Source: Nitratidesulfovibrio vulgaris str. Hildenborough (GTDB lineage: Bacteria > Desulfobacterota > Desulfovibrionia > Desulfovibrionales > Desulfovibrionaceae). From it: DNA of 32,000 nt. The translations under genes were made by a program, and so were the position numbers. Below, one piece after another: positions 1 through 8,384 of this stretch (within the stretch, counting starts at the first letter, position 1; each line of letters starts with the position of its first letter). The stretch covers positions 2,910,001 to 2,942,000 of the forward strand of contig NC_002937.3 in the NCBI RefSeq assembly GCF_000195755.1, given 5' to 3'. The notes below the pieces were generated by a model. It worked only from the letters and a program-made list of their open reading frames with translations, was not told the DNA's origin and did not search any database.

Positions 1-1
1 C

Positions 2-490
2 GGCCGCATCCATCCCTCGCTGTTCATGGCGCTGGAAGGCGAACGTCCGCCGCGCGGTCTCATGCCCGCCCCGCACGGTACGCACGCCACACACGCCGAC
101 GAGGGCTTCGCCGCCGTGCGGCTGTTCTTCTCCGGTACCATTGACGAGGCGGCACTCGCGCCCCTGCTGCAGCAGTGCCCCGGTGCGCCCTTCCGCATCA
201 AGGGCATCGTCCGCGTCACGGATGACGAGGCCCCGCGCCTCGTCCAGTGCGTGGGGGCACGATGCGAGGTCGAACGACTTGATGGCGGCTTCGAGGGCAC
301 GCCCTTCCTCGTCTTCATCGGACGCAACCCGGACGAGACCGCCTTGCTGGAACACTGGGCCGCACTGGGTGCCACTGCCGAACCCCCTGCACCGCAAGCA
401 GAGGCAGACACGCAGCCCGCACAGGCCACGAAGTCGGCATCGGGCGGACAGTCGTCCGACGCCACAAGAGGATGCCATGACCATCATTGA
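2..490 (+). CDS. COG0523/CobW-family metallochaperone GTPase, C-terminal part (5' end lies outside the window)
   Basis: The frame is open from base 2 (GRIHPSLF precedes the listed Met at 26). It has a His-rich linker (HGTHATHADEG) followed by a CobW_C-like segment (FRIKGIVRV...LVQCVG...FLVFIGRN) and a C-terminal CHDHH. The stop overlaps the exbB start by 14 nt. Confidence 0.6.
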   Translation, partial: GRIHPSLFMALEGERPPRGLMPAPHGTHATHADEGFAAVRLFFSGTIDEAALAPLLQQCPGAPFRIKGIVRVTDDEAPRLVQCVGARCEVERLDGGFEGTPFLVFIGRNPDETALLEHWAALGATAEPPAPQAEADTQPAQATKSASGGQSSDATRGCHDHH

Positions 491-1226
491 ACAGGGCGGG
501 CCACTCATGTGGCCCCTGCTGGGGCTTTCCATCCTCGCCTGCGCGGTCATGCTCGACCGTGGCATCGCCCTCTCCACCTTCGGCTTCCCGGCCAAGGGAT
601 TCCTCTCGGCACTCACCGAAGCCGTGCGGCGCAGCGACGCCACGGCCTTGCGCGCCCTGTGCGCCGACCTGCCCGAAGCGCTGCGCCCCTTGCTGGACGT
701 GCTGTTCCCCACTACGCCACGCCCCGACAGGGAACGTGCCGTCCGCATCATGGGCGAGGCGGTCCTGCATGAACTGACGCGCCGTGTGGGGGTGCTCGGC
801 CTCGTGGTGCGGGCCGCGCCCCTGCTGGGGCTGCTGGGCACGGTGCTTGGCATGATATCGACCTTCTCGACGGTCGCCGCCTCCGGCGGGGGCATCGACA
901 TGGCGGGACTCGCTGCCGGGATATGGCAGGCGCTCATCACCACTGCCGCCGGACTCGGCATTGCCATTCCCGCGCTGGCGGCGCAACACTGGTGCAACCA
1001 GCGCATCGACGCCGTAGCCGAGGCCCTCGAACAACTGGCCGATGCCGTCGAAGCCCTCGAACGTACCCCTGCCGGTCTTGCCGACGCAGCATCCCCCGAG
1101 GCGCGTGTCCTGCCCCTTGAACGTATGAAGGCGGCCCAGCCCGCCCCGCGTAACGGCACCAGCCCCGGTGCCGCACCAGCCCCCACCCTACCCGCCGCCG
1201 GGCAGTCCCATGCGCCACGCGACTAG
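477..1226 (+). CDS. exbB: MotA/TolQ/ExbB-family proton channel protein with an Ala/Pro-rich C-terminal tail
   Basis: ATG at 477 is preceded by AAGAGGA. The sequence MTIIEQGGPLMWPLLGLSILA... contains the signature PLLGLLGTVLGMISTF and three predicted TM segments. The listed ORF 141..1226 is an upstream over-extension in the same frame. Confidence 0.85.
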   Translation: MTIIEQGGPLMWPLLGLSILACAVMLDRGIALSTFGFPAKGFLSALTEAVRRSDATALRALCADLPEALRPLLDVLFPTTPRPDRERAVRIMGEAVLHELTRRVGVLGLVVRAAPLLGLLGTVLGMISTFSTVAASGGGIDMAGLAAGIWQALITTAAGLGIAIPALAAQHWCNQRIDAVAEALEQLADAVEALERTPAGLADAASPEARVLPLERMKAAQPAPRNGTSPGAAPAPTLPAAGQSHAPRD

Positions 1227-1656
1227 ACGCGCCTTCTCGCGCCGCATGGCCGAAGAACCCGACATCACCCCCCTGCTGGACGTGGTGTTCATCCTGCTGC
1301 TGTTCTTCGTGCTTGCGGCCACGTTCACCGTGCGCGGCATGGACCTCGACCTGCCGCCCGCGCAATCGGGCAAGGCCGTTTCCGGCAAGGTCAAGGAATT
1401 GCGCCTCGACAACCGGGGCACGCTCACCTGTGACGGCGTGGTGCTTGGCGAGGAAGGGCTGGTCGCCCTTGTCCGCAGCAACGCCGACCATGGCAGGGGC
1501 ACGGGTGCGCGCCTCGTCCTCAAGGCATCGGGAGAGGCACCGGTCGCCGCGCTGTTGCGGGTCGTCGATACGGTACGGGCCAATGGCGGGCAGCAACTCG
1601 TCATCGCAACGTCCCCCGCGGTAGCGGGCGGCAGTGACAGCCCCGACACACCATGA
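1210..1656 (+). CDS. exbD: ExbD/TolR-family biopolymer transport protein
   Basis: DITPLLDVVFILLLFFVLAATF is the typical ExbD N-terminal TM motif. ATG 1210 overlaps the exbB stop; an alternative start is Met at 1246. Confidence 0.85.
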   Translation: MRHATRRAFSRRMAEEPDITPLLDVVFILLLFFVLAATFTVRGMDLDLPPAQSGKAVSGKVKELRLDNRGTLTCDGVVLGEEGLVALVRSNADHGRGTGARLVLKASGEAPVAALLRVVDTVRANGGQQLVIATSPAVAGGSDSPDTP

Positions 1657-2162
1657 CCCCCGCCGAACGTTTCGCCGCCTGCCTTGCCGTGTCGGGCTTC
1701 GTGCATTTCGTGGCTACGGGGCTGCACGCCACCGCCGACCCTGCAACCTTCGAACGGGCGGTCTCCATCGTCTGCGACCTCGCACCACCGGAAGCCGTCG
1801 TCAGATTCGGAGACGCCACCTTCACCGGAGAGGCGGACGCGACCGACGGCAAGGCCACCGAGGATGAAGCGCGCAAGGCCATGCGCCGCTACCTGCATGA
1901 CGTGAGCGACGCCATCCACGCCCGTCGCCTGACCACCCCCGGCACCTCAGGCTGTCTCGGCACGGCATGGGTGAGTTTTGCCATCCTCCCCGACGGCAGG
2001 TTCATGCAGGCAACACTGACCACCTCGTCGGGCAACCGCGTGCTTGACGGTGCGGCAGTGGAAGCCGTGCGCCGCGCCAGCGGTGCCGTGGCCCGTCCGC
2101 GTTCCACCGGAAGCGGCACCATCGCCCTTGTCCTGCCCGTCAAGTTCCAGTTGGGACTGTAG
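1653..2162 (+). CDS. TonB-like energy transducer (short form: N-terminal TM plus TonB_C domain, no long Pro-rich spacer)
   Basis: There is an ATGA overlap with the exbD stop. The N-terminal hydrophobic helix is FAACLAVSGFVHFVATGL. The C-terminus GTAWVSFAILPDGRFMQATLTTSSGNRVLDGAAVEAVRRAS matches the TonB C-terminal pattern. Confidence 0.7.
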   Translation: MTPAERFAACLAVSGFVHFVATGLHATADPATFERAVSIVCDLAPPEAVVRFGDATFTGEADATDGKATEDEARKAMRRYLHDVSDAIHARRLTTPGTSGCLGTAWVSFAILPDGRFMQATLTTSSGNRVLDGAAVEAVRRASGAVARPRSTGSGTIALVLPVKFQLGL

Positions 2163-2255
2163 CCACAGGGCGTTGTCGGGCAGCCCCATCCGCACCCCCG
2201 TCGGAACGCATCGCCATCGCACTGGCATCCGTCACCGCCCCGCACCGGGCCATAC

Positions 2256-2295
2256 CCGGCAGCGCAGAGACACACCCCGCAGCGCAGAGACACGA
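2256..2295. repeat. Two tandem copies of a 20-bp unit (CCGGCAGCGCAGAGACACAC / CCCGCAGCGCAGAGACACGA)
   Basis: Read directly: 17/20 identity, head to tail, in the convergent gap between the tonB-like gene and cytochrome c3. Confidence 0.8.
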
Positions 2296-2300
2296 CGCGA

Positions 2301-2330
2301 CAGCGCCGCCCGGTTCACCGGACGGCGCTG
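2301..2330. terminator. GC-rich hairpin between convergent operons (CAGCGCCG-C-CCGG-TTCA-CCGG-A-CGGCGCTG)
   Basis: An 8-bp outer stem plus a 4-bp inner stem. It lies 43 nt after the cytochrome c3 stop and 139 nt after the tonB-like stop. There is no clear U-tract on either strand. Confidence 0.4.
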
Positions 2331-2372
2331 CGTGAGACGACATTCCCCGCAGGGGGGTATGCCGTGGCAGGG

Positions 2373-2807
2373 CTATTTCTTCTCGGACGCCGCGGCCTCC
2401 TTGCGGGCCTGCTGGCTCATGTGGCAGGGACGGCATCCTGTGAACTCGGGATGCTGCGCCGCCATCTTCTTGTGGCAACCGTAGCATGAGCGGTCGGTGT
2501 CCTTGGCGTGGTAGGCCACGAACATGCTCATGGTATCGCGTTCACGGGGGCCGGGTGTGGCATGGCAGTCGTTGTCCGTACACGACGCATAGGGCTTGTC
2601 GGGCGCGGGACTGTCATGATGGCACTGTTCACAGGCGATGTCCTTGTGCGTGGTGTGGTTGAACATCACGTGCATCCGCTTGGAGGTGCCATGTTTGAGT
2701 TCTATGGCCTTCTTGGGGGCCTTGGCTGCATCGGCGGCGTTGCCGACCAGCGCCGACCCCGCCATGAGCAACGATACGGCAAACAGGGAGATGACCAGGT
2801 ATCTCAT
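2373..2807 (-). CDS. Periplasmic tetraheme cytochrome c3 (formate dehydrogenase-associated)
   Basis: The start MRYLVISLFAVSLLMAGSALVGNAADA (signal peptide) is preceded by AGGAG. There are four heme-binding motifs: CEQCH, CTDNDCH (CX4CH), CYGCH and CRPCH. The listed 244-aa ORF is an upstream over-extension. Confidence 0.9.
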   Translation of the reverse strand: MRYLVISLFAVSLLMAGSALVGNAADAAKAPKKAIELKHGTSKRMHVMFNHTTHKDIACEQCHHDSPAPDKPYASCTDNDCHATPGPRERDTMSMFVAYHAKDTDRSCYGCHKKMAAQHPEFTGCRPCHMSQQARKEAAASEKK

Positions 2808-2821
2808 CAAGGTACTCCTGT

Positions 2822-3805
2822 TCAATACACATTCCAGAAGGATGGTCTGAGCGGACGCAGTTGCCTGCGCGCCGCCACCATGTCCAGATGCATCATGCCC
2901 AGCGCCAGTGCGTCCAGATTGGGGACGGCCTCGCGTTCGCGCAGGTCCACTGTGGGGCAATAGCTCTTGCATCGGGTACACCAGTCCAGTCTCTCGCCAT
3001 GGGCGGCTTCGCTTTCCCGCAGAATCTCCATGGTGCCGCTGGCGTCCTTCCCGCACGAGGGACACGCCCCCCGCAGGAACTTCCAGTCTGCGCCGCACAT
3101 GGAGCAATGCAGATGCTTCTTGCCGCCGCCACCGGCGAGGTAGGCGTTCTTTTCGTCAAGCATGGGCCTGTCCAGCCAGCCGATAGTCGGAAAGGCACCG
3201 CACACCGGGCAATAGCCCTCCTGCCATGCACCGCCCTCGTCCCACGGGGCCTCTCCCGATTCGGGCATCGACACGGCGACCAGTGCGTGCAGCACCGGAG
3301 ACAGCACGAACCCCGTCACGAAGGTGAGCACGTCGGCGTCCACCCCACAGGCTTCGGCGATGGCATCGGCAGACCTGCCCGCCAGCATCGCTTCGGCCAG
3401 CGCATCACGGGCATCCTCGCGTCCCGGTTCGACAGGACACAGAAAGAACGCCTGCAACGCCTCCATGTGGGGTGCCACCGCCTGCATTCCGCCCATGAGC
3501 GGCAACAGTACGCCTGCGACATCACGCATGGGTGCCGCGATGCCGGGCAAGGCGACTCCCGCCAGCAGTGATACCCCCTGCCGTGCGCGTTCGCCCTCAA
3601 GGGCGGGCAGGTGCAGCCCCGCATCACGCAGGGTCTGCGACAGGGCGACGGTCATCGACTCTCCGGCCGAAAGCAGGGGTTCGAAAGCCCGCAACACAGG
3701 TTCGAGGACAGGACGGCGCGCAAGCACATCCTGCACGGTTTCCGCTACGTTCTGGCAGTTTGCGGCCATGTGAAGCTCCACGGGGGCTGGAGGCAGTGCC
3801 TCCAT
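2822..3805 (-). CDS. fdhE: FdhE-like formate dehydrogenase maturation protein
   Basis: Four Cys pairs typical of FdhE are present: CPVCG, CSMCG, CPSCG and CTRCKSYC. The gene sits between fdhB and cytochrome c3. An alternative start at 3769 (MAANCQ...) has a better GGAG ribosome-binding site. Confidence 0.8.
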   Translation of the reverse strand: MEALPPAPVELHMAANCQNVAETVQDVLARRPVLEPVLRAFEPLLSAGESMTVALSQTLRDAGLHLPALEGERARQGVSLLAGVALPGIAAPMRDVAGVLLPLMGGMQAVAPHMEALQAFFLCPVEPGREDARDALAEAMLAGRSADAIAEACGVDADVLTFVTGFVLSPVLHALVAVSMPESGEAPWDEGGAWQEGYCPVCGAFPTIGWLDRPMLDEKNAYLAGGGGKKHLHCSMCGADWKFLRGACPSCGKDASGTMEILRESEAAHGERLDWCTRCKSYCPTVDLREREAVPNLDALALGMMHLDMVAARRQLRPLRPSFWNVY

Positions 3806-3842
3806 CAGAGGGTGAAAACGGATTGCCGCGCCTACGAAGACG

Positions 3843-4502
3843 CTACATGAACCCTGCGTATTCGTAGTAGTGTTCCTTCTCCTCTGCCAGCAGGTAGATG
3901 ACGCTCACGTCCTCCACATCGACCAGATGCGCCTTGGGGAAGCGCGTCTTGGCATCCGCAAGCCGCTTCTCGGCGAGGGCGAGCATCTCGTCCCGCTCAC
4001 CGAAGGCCATGGTACCGGTGGGGCAGGTCTTCACGCAGATGGGCTGCATCCCAGCGGAGACACGGTCGAAGCACATGTCGCACTTGGTGATGCGCTTGGT
4101 CTTGGGGTCGATGCGCGGGATGTTGTAGGGGCACGCCTCGGCCACGGCCTTGGCATCCGCAGGGCTGAGCTTGGCCGACTTCTCGGTGGCAAGCACCGCG
4201 CCGGTCTTCTTGTCCTTGATCATGGCGCCGGGAACGGCCATGTCGGCCACGTCGACGCACACGGGGGTGACACAGTGCCTGCACTGGTCGGGGAAGAAGT
4301 TCCAGATGACCACCCCCTTCTCGTTCATCCGCTCGTTGAAGCGGACGATCTTGAGATTGTTGGGGTTGAGGTCGGGGGGGTTCTGGTGCGAACCGCGCTG
4401 CTTGGTGACGTTGGCGGGCAGATCGTGCCATTCCTTACAGGCCAACTGACAGCCGCGGCATGCCGTGCATCTGGTCGTATCAATCAAAAAAGCCTTCGGC
4501 AT
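3843..4502 (-). CDS. fdhB: Formate dehydrogenase iron-sulfur (beta) subunit, multi-[4Fe-4S] ferredoxin-like
   Basis: AAGGAG lies 7 nt before the ATG. Cys clusters are CTACRGCQLAC, CRHCVTPVC, CPYNIP, CDMC and CVKTCP. It lies immediately downstream of fdhA. Confidence 0.9.
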   Translation of the reverse strand: MPKAFLIDTTRCTACRGCQLACKEWHDLPANVTKQRGSHQNPPDLNPNNLKIVRFNERMNEKGVVIWNFFPDQCRHCVTPVCVDVADMAVPGAMIKDKKTGAVLATEKSAKLSPADAKAVAEACPYNIPRIDPKTKRITKCDMCFDRVSAGMQPICVKTCPTGTMAFGERDEMLALAEKRLADAKTRFPKAHLVDVEDVSVIYLLAEEKEHYYEYAGFM

Positions 4503-4553
4503 TGCAATGCTCCTTGACGGGCGCGCCCCACGGCGGGACGCGCCCGAAACTGG

Positions 4554-7500
4554 TTAGGCTATTTCGGTCAGCTTGTCGGCCTTGCGCACGTTGACGAGGC
4601 AGGCCTTGCTTTCAGGAATGGTGGTGTTCGGATCGTAGGCACCCACCGTCAGGCGGTTGGTCGAGTCGCCGCATTTGGGCGTCGTCCAGCCATAGGCGAA
4701 GGGCATCCCCACGAGGTGGACGGTCTTGCCCATGACCGTGAACGGCCTGATGCGCACCGTGACCATGGCGATGGCCTCGGCCCTGCCACGGATGCTCTCG
4801 ACGATGACCCCGTCACCGTTCTTGATGCCCTTCTCTTCAGCCAGTTCGGGACTCATCTCGATATAGAGCTGAGGCTCCGTTTCGAGCAGGTTGGGCACGT
4901 TGCGGGTCTCACCGCCGCCGCACCAGTGCTCGGTCAGGCTGTAGGTGGTCAGCACGATGGGGTATTTGGGGTCGGCTGCCTTGGCTATCTGATCCATATC
5001 GGAGGTATGGAACTTGTAGACGGGGCTGGACAGCTGCTTCGAGAACGGATGGCTGTCGAGCGGCGTCTCGGCAGGTTCGTAATGCTCGGGGAAAGGCCCG
5101 TCCATGCGGCCGGTGCCATAGAACTGGGCGAAGCCGTCCTTGTTCATGATGAACGGCAGCTTGCCCTTCTCCTTGTCCGCCATGGGCGGCCATGGACCGT
5201 CGGGCACGTCGCCCACCCATTTGGCACCGTCCCATTCGATGACGGCCTTCTTCGGGTTCCATGGCTTGCCGTTCACGTCCACCGACGCACGGTTGTAGAG
5301 GATGCGCCGGTTCACAGGCCAGCACCACGACCAGTTGGGGAACAGGCCGATATTGGCCTGCATGGGCGTCTGCCGGGCATCGCGACGCTTGGACTTGTTG
5401 CCGTCCTCTTCGGTGTAGCTACCGGTGTACAGCCAGTTCAACGACGAGGTGCTGCCATCGTCCTTCAGTTGTCCGAACGCAGGCACCAGTTGGCCGCGCT
5501 TGTATTCCTTGTCGCCCACCTTGGTGTCGGCCCAGAAGAAGCCGTTGATGCGGCGTGTCCACTCCTCGGGGTCGAACTTGTCGGTCCAGTGCAGCTTCAG
5601 CACCGGGTCGGGCAGCGTACCGCCCTCGGCCTTGTACAGGGCGCGAATCTTGTTCACCAACGGCACGAAGATGTCGGCGAAGTTGCGCGCCTGTCCCGGT
5701 TCCACGGCCTTGTCGAACCATTGCAGCCAGCGTCCGCTGTTGCTGATGGTGCCAGCCTTCTCGACGCGGTGGGCGGAGGGCAGCAGGAACACCTCGGTCT
5801 TGCACGCCTTGGGGTCGACGCCGGGCCGCTTCCAGTTGTCCGTGGTCTCGGAGTTGTGCAACTCGGAGCACACCAGCCAGTCGAGCTTGTCGAGCGCCGC
5901 ACGCATCTTGTTGGTGTTGGGGAAGCTGTTCATGGGGTTCACGCCGAAGATGAAGCCCCCTTTCAGCTTGCCATGATACATGCGGTCCATGACGTACATG
6001 TACGAGTAGTCCTCGCCCTTTTCGAGCTTGGGCAGATACTCGTAGCAGAAGTCGTTCTCGGGGGTCGCCGCGTCACCGAACCAGCCCTTCAGCAGGCTGG
6101 CGACGTACTTCGGCCTGTTGCTCCACCAGTTGGCGCTGTTCTTCAGCGTGGTGACGGGCGTGTTGGCCTTGTTGTAGTCTGCCAGCGTCTGCCACTGTGC
6201 CACCGGCATGGCGTTGTAGCCCGGCAGGATATGGTACAGCAGCGCGTGGTCGGTGGAACCCTGAACGTTGGGTTCACCACGCAGCGCGTTGATACCGCCG
6301 CCCGCCACACCGATGTTGCCCAGAAGCAGCTGGATGAGGGTCGAGGTACGGATGTTCTGCACGCCCACGGTATGCTGCGTCCAGCCAAGGGCGTACAGGA
6401 TGGTGCCCGCCTTGTCGGGTCTGCCCGTGGCACAGAAGGCATCATAGACGCGCAGCAGGTTCTCTTCGGAGACGCCGGTGACGTCGGAGACGTTCTTCAG
6501 CGTATAGCGCTCATAGTGCTTCTTCATCAGATTGAAGACGCACCGCTCGTTCTTGAGGGTGGGGTCCATGACCGGGCCACCGTCGGGTCCCTTCTCGAAC
6601 TCCCATTTGCTGCGGTCGTAGGTGCGGGTCTTGGGGTCGTACCCGCTGAAGATGCCGTCCTCGAAGGCATAGTCCTTGCCCACGACGAACGCGGCGTTGG
6701 TGTAGTTGGCGACGTAGTCCTTGAAGTAGAGGTCCTTCGCGATGATGTGGTTCACCATACCACCGAGGAAGGCGATGTCGGTGCCCGAACGCAGGGGCAC
6801 ATGGAAGTCGCAACGTGCCGACGTGCGCGAGAACTTGGGGTCGACATGCATGAGCACGGCGCCGTTGTCGCGCGCCCGCATGATCCACTTGAAGGCGACA
6901 GGATGATGTTCTGCGGCATTGCTGCCGATGATGAGCACTGCATCGGTATTCTTGATATCGATCCAGTGGTTGGTCATAGCCCCTCGACCGAACGACTCTG
7001 CCAGAGCCGCAACAGTGGGACTGTGTCAGACCCGGGCCTGGTGGTCCATATGGACGACGCCCAGGCCTCTCATGGCTTGATGGATGACGGCACATTCCTC
7101 GTTGGAGGCGTGCGAGGTACCCATCATGAAGATGCTCTCAAGACGGTTGACCGTCTGCCCCTTGTCGTTCTTGAGGATCATGTCCTTGTCGCGGGCGTCC
7201 TTCACGCGACGCGCGATCTGGTTCAGTGTCCAGTCCCAGTCCTTCTCCACCCACTTGTCGCTGTGCGGCGCACGGTAGAGCGGCTTCGTCAGGCGATGGG
7301 GGTTGGTGTACATGGAGAAGAGCGCGGCACCCTTGGCACACAGCGCACCTTCGTTGACCGGGAAATCGGGGTCGCCCTCGGTGGAGACGAGCTTGCCGTT
7401 GCGCACGTAGGCGATGACCTGACAGCAGACGGAACAGAAGGGACACACGGTGCCCACTTCCTTCGCGCCTTCGATCTTGAGTTTGACGGCATAAGCCTGC

Positions 7501-7592
7501 GCGTCTTCAAGATCGAACCCCAGCTGCCCGAGAGAGAGTCCGACGACACTCACCCCGACGAGCTTGAGAAAACTCCGCCGCGTTGTTTTCAT
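4554..7592 (-). CDS. fdhA: Periplasmic formate dehydrogenase catalytic (alpha) subunit, molybdo/tungstopterin, selenocysteine-containing (about 1012 aa with U at the TGA 7026-7028)
   Basis: Track ORFs 7026..7592 and 4554..6977 are in the same frame (7028-6977=51). Reading through the TGA gives HQARV-U-HSPTVAALAESFGRGAMTNHWIDIKN, the conserved FDH active-site context. There is a Tat signal (MKTTRRSFLKL), an N-terminal Fe-S motif (CPFCSVCC) and an AAGGAGAGG ribosome-binding site. Confidence 0.92.
6994..7028 (-). promoter_or_regulatory. Sec-recoding site: UGA (7026-7028) plus candidate SECIS stem-loops downstream in the mRNA
   Basis: The mRNA after the UGA reads CACAGUCCCACUGUUGCGGCUCUGGCAGAGUCG. 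There is a small hairpin ACAGU/ACUGU (7012-7024) and a 6-7 bp hairpin CGGCUCU-GGC-AGAGUCG (about 6993-7009) starting roughly 19-20 nt after the UGA. Folding was done by eye only. Confidence 0.5.
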
Positions 7593-8311
7593 GTTCCTCT
7601 CCTTGTTGATGCCCTGACGATTCCGTAATGCGTCGAAGGTCGCCTTTCAGCCGCTTCCACGATGTCCGGGGGCCGTTCGCGGCGGAAACGGTCCGTTCCG
7701 GGAAGGAACGCCCGCGCATCCGCACGCCGTGACCCTGTCGGCCCATCCGGCCCCGGACTCACCCGGAACCGAGGTCCCCCTGCCGCCCGCTTTTCCCTGC
7801 TGAAAGGACACACCGGAAGGCAGGATGGAGACCACCACGCATCATATCTTTGCGGACAGCATAGCAACGGAGGAGGAAATCGCAACAAATATTAATAAAA
7901 AACAGTAGGTTAAATAAAACATATAGTCACACTTTGTCACCGGACTACTCTCGGATCATCACCTATAAAGTCATTTATGGTCATCTTCGGTTATCATTGG
8001 TCCATCCACACCTCTTCAGACAGACACCACCGCCCCCCTCGCAAGGGGCATATGGATTCAGGTAGGCTGGCCGATGACGCACGTCCCATCGGCGACAGAC
8101 CTGACAGCGCGGGGACAGGTGCGAAGACATGCGGTATCACGAAGCCCGGTACGGGCACGGACAACCGCCGACCTACCGGGTTCATGGGCGAGAATGCCAA
8201 GGGGGGATTCGGCCCCGCCGTGGAAAGGGCTTCATGTGCCGCATGTCCGGGGTGCGACTGTCGAAGGCGGTGTACTGATGTCGGATACGGCGCACGGGTG
8301 CCGGAGACGAC

Positions 8312-8336
8312 ACAAGCCCCGCATAGCGGGGCTTGT
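8312..8336 (-). terminator. Perfect 11-bp stem / 3-nt loop hairpin downstream of the RND operon (ACAAGCCCCGC-ATA-GCGGGGCTTGT)
   Basis: Read directly. It lies about 50 nt after the stop of the outer-membrane factor gene (8385). The U-tract is weak. Confidence 0.5.
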
Positions 8337-8384
8337 CTTCATGCTGCATGAACACGGCAGACGGTGCCGCGTTCCATTTTCCGT

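Noticed and set aside
4519-4545. A GC hairpin (GGGCGCG...CGCGCCC) between fdhA and fdhB.
   Set aside because: It is a short 7-bp stem in a 51-nt intercistronic spacer of a tightly linked operon. It is plausible as an mRNA-stability element but unremarkable, and I cannot distinguish it from chance GC complementarity by eye.
4716-7628. A 970-aa + strand ORF spanning the whole fdhA region.
   Set aside because: It is antisense to a gene with unmistakable formate dehydrogenase sequence. Its composition (runs of G, V, A, R, H, D, L) is typical of the stop-poor antisense frame of a high-GC gene. It has no recognisable domain or ribosome-binding site.
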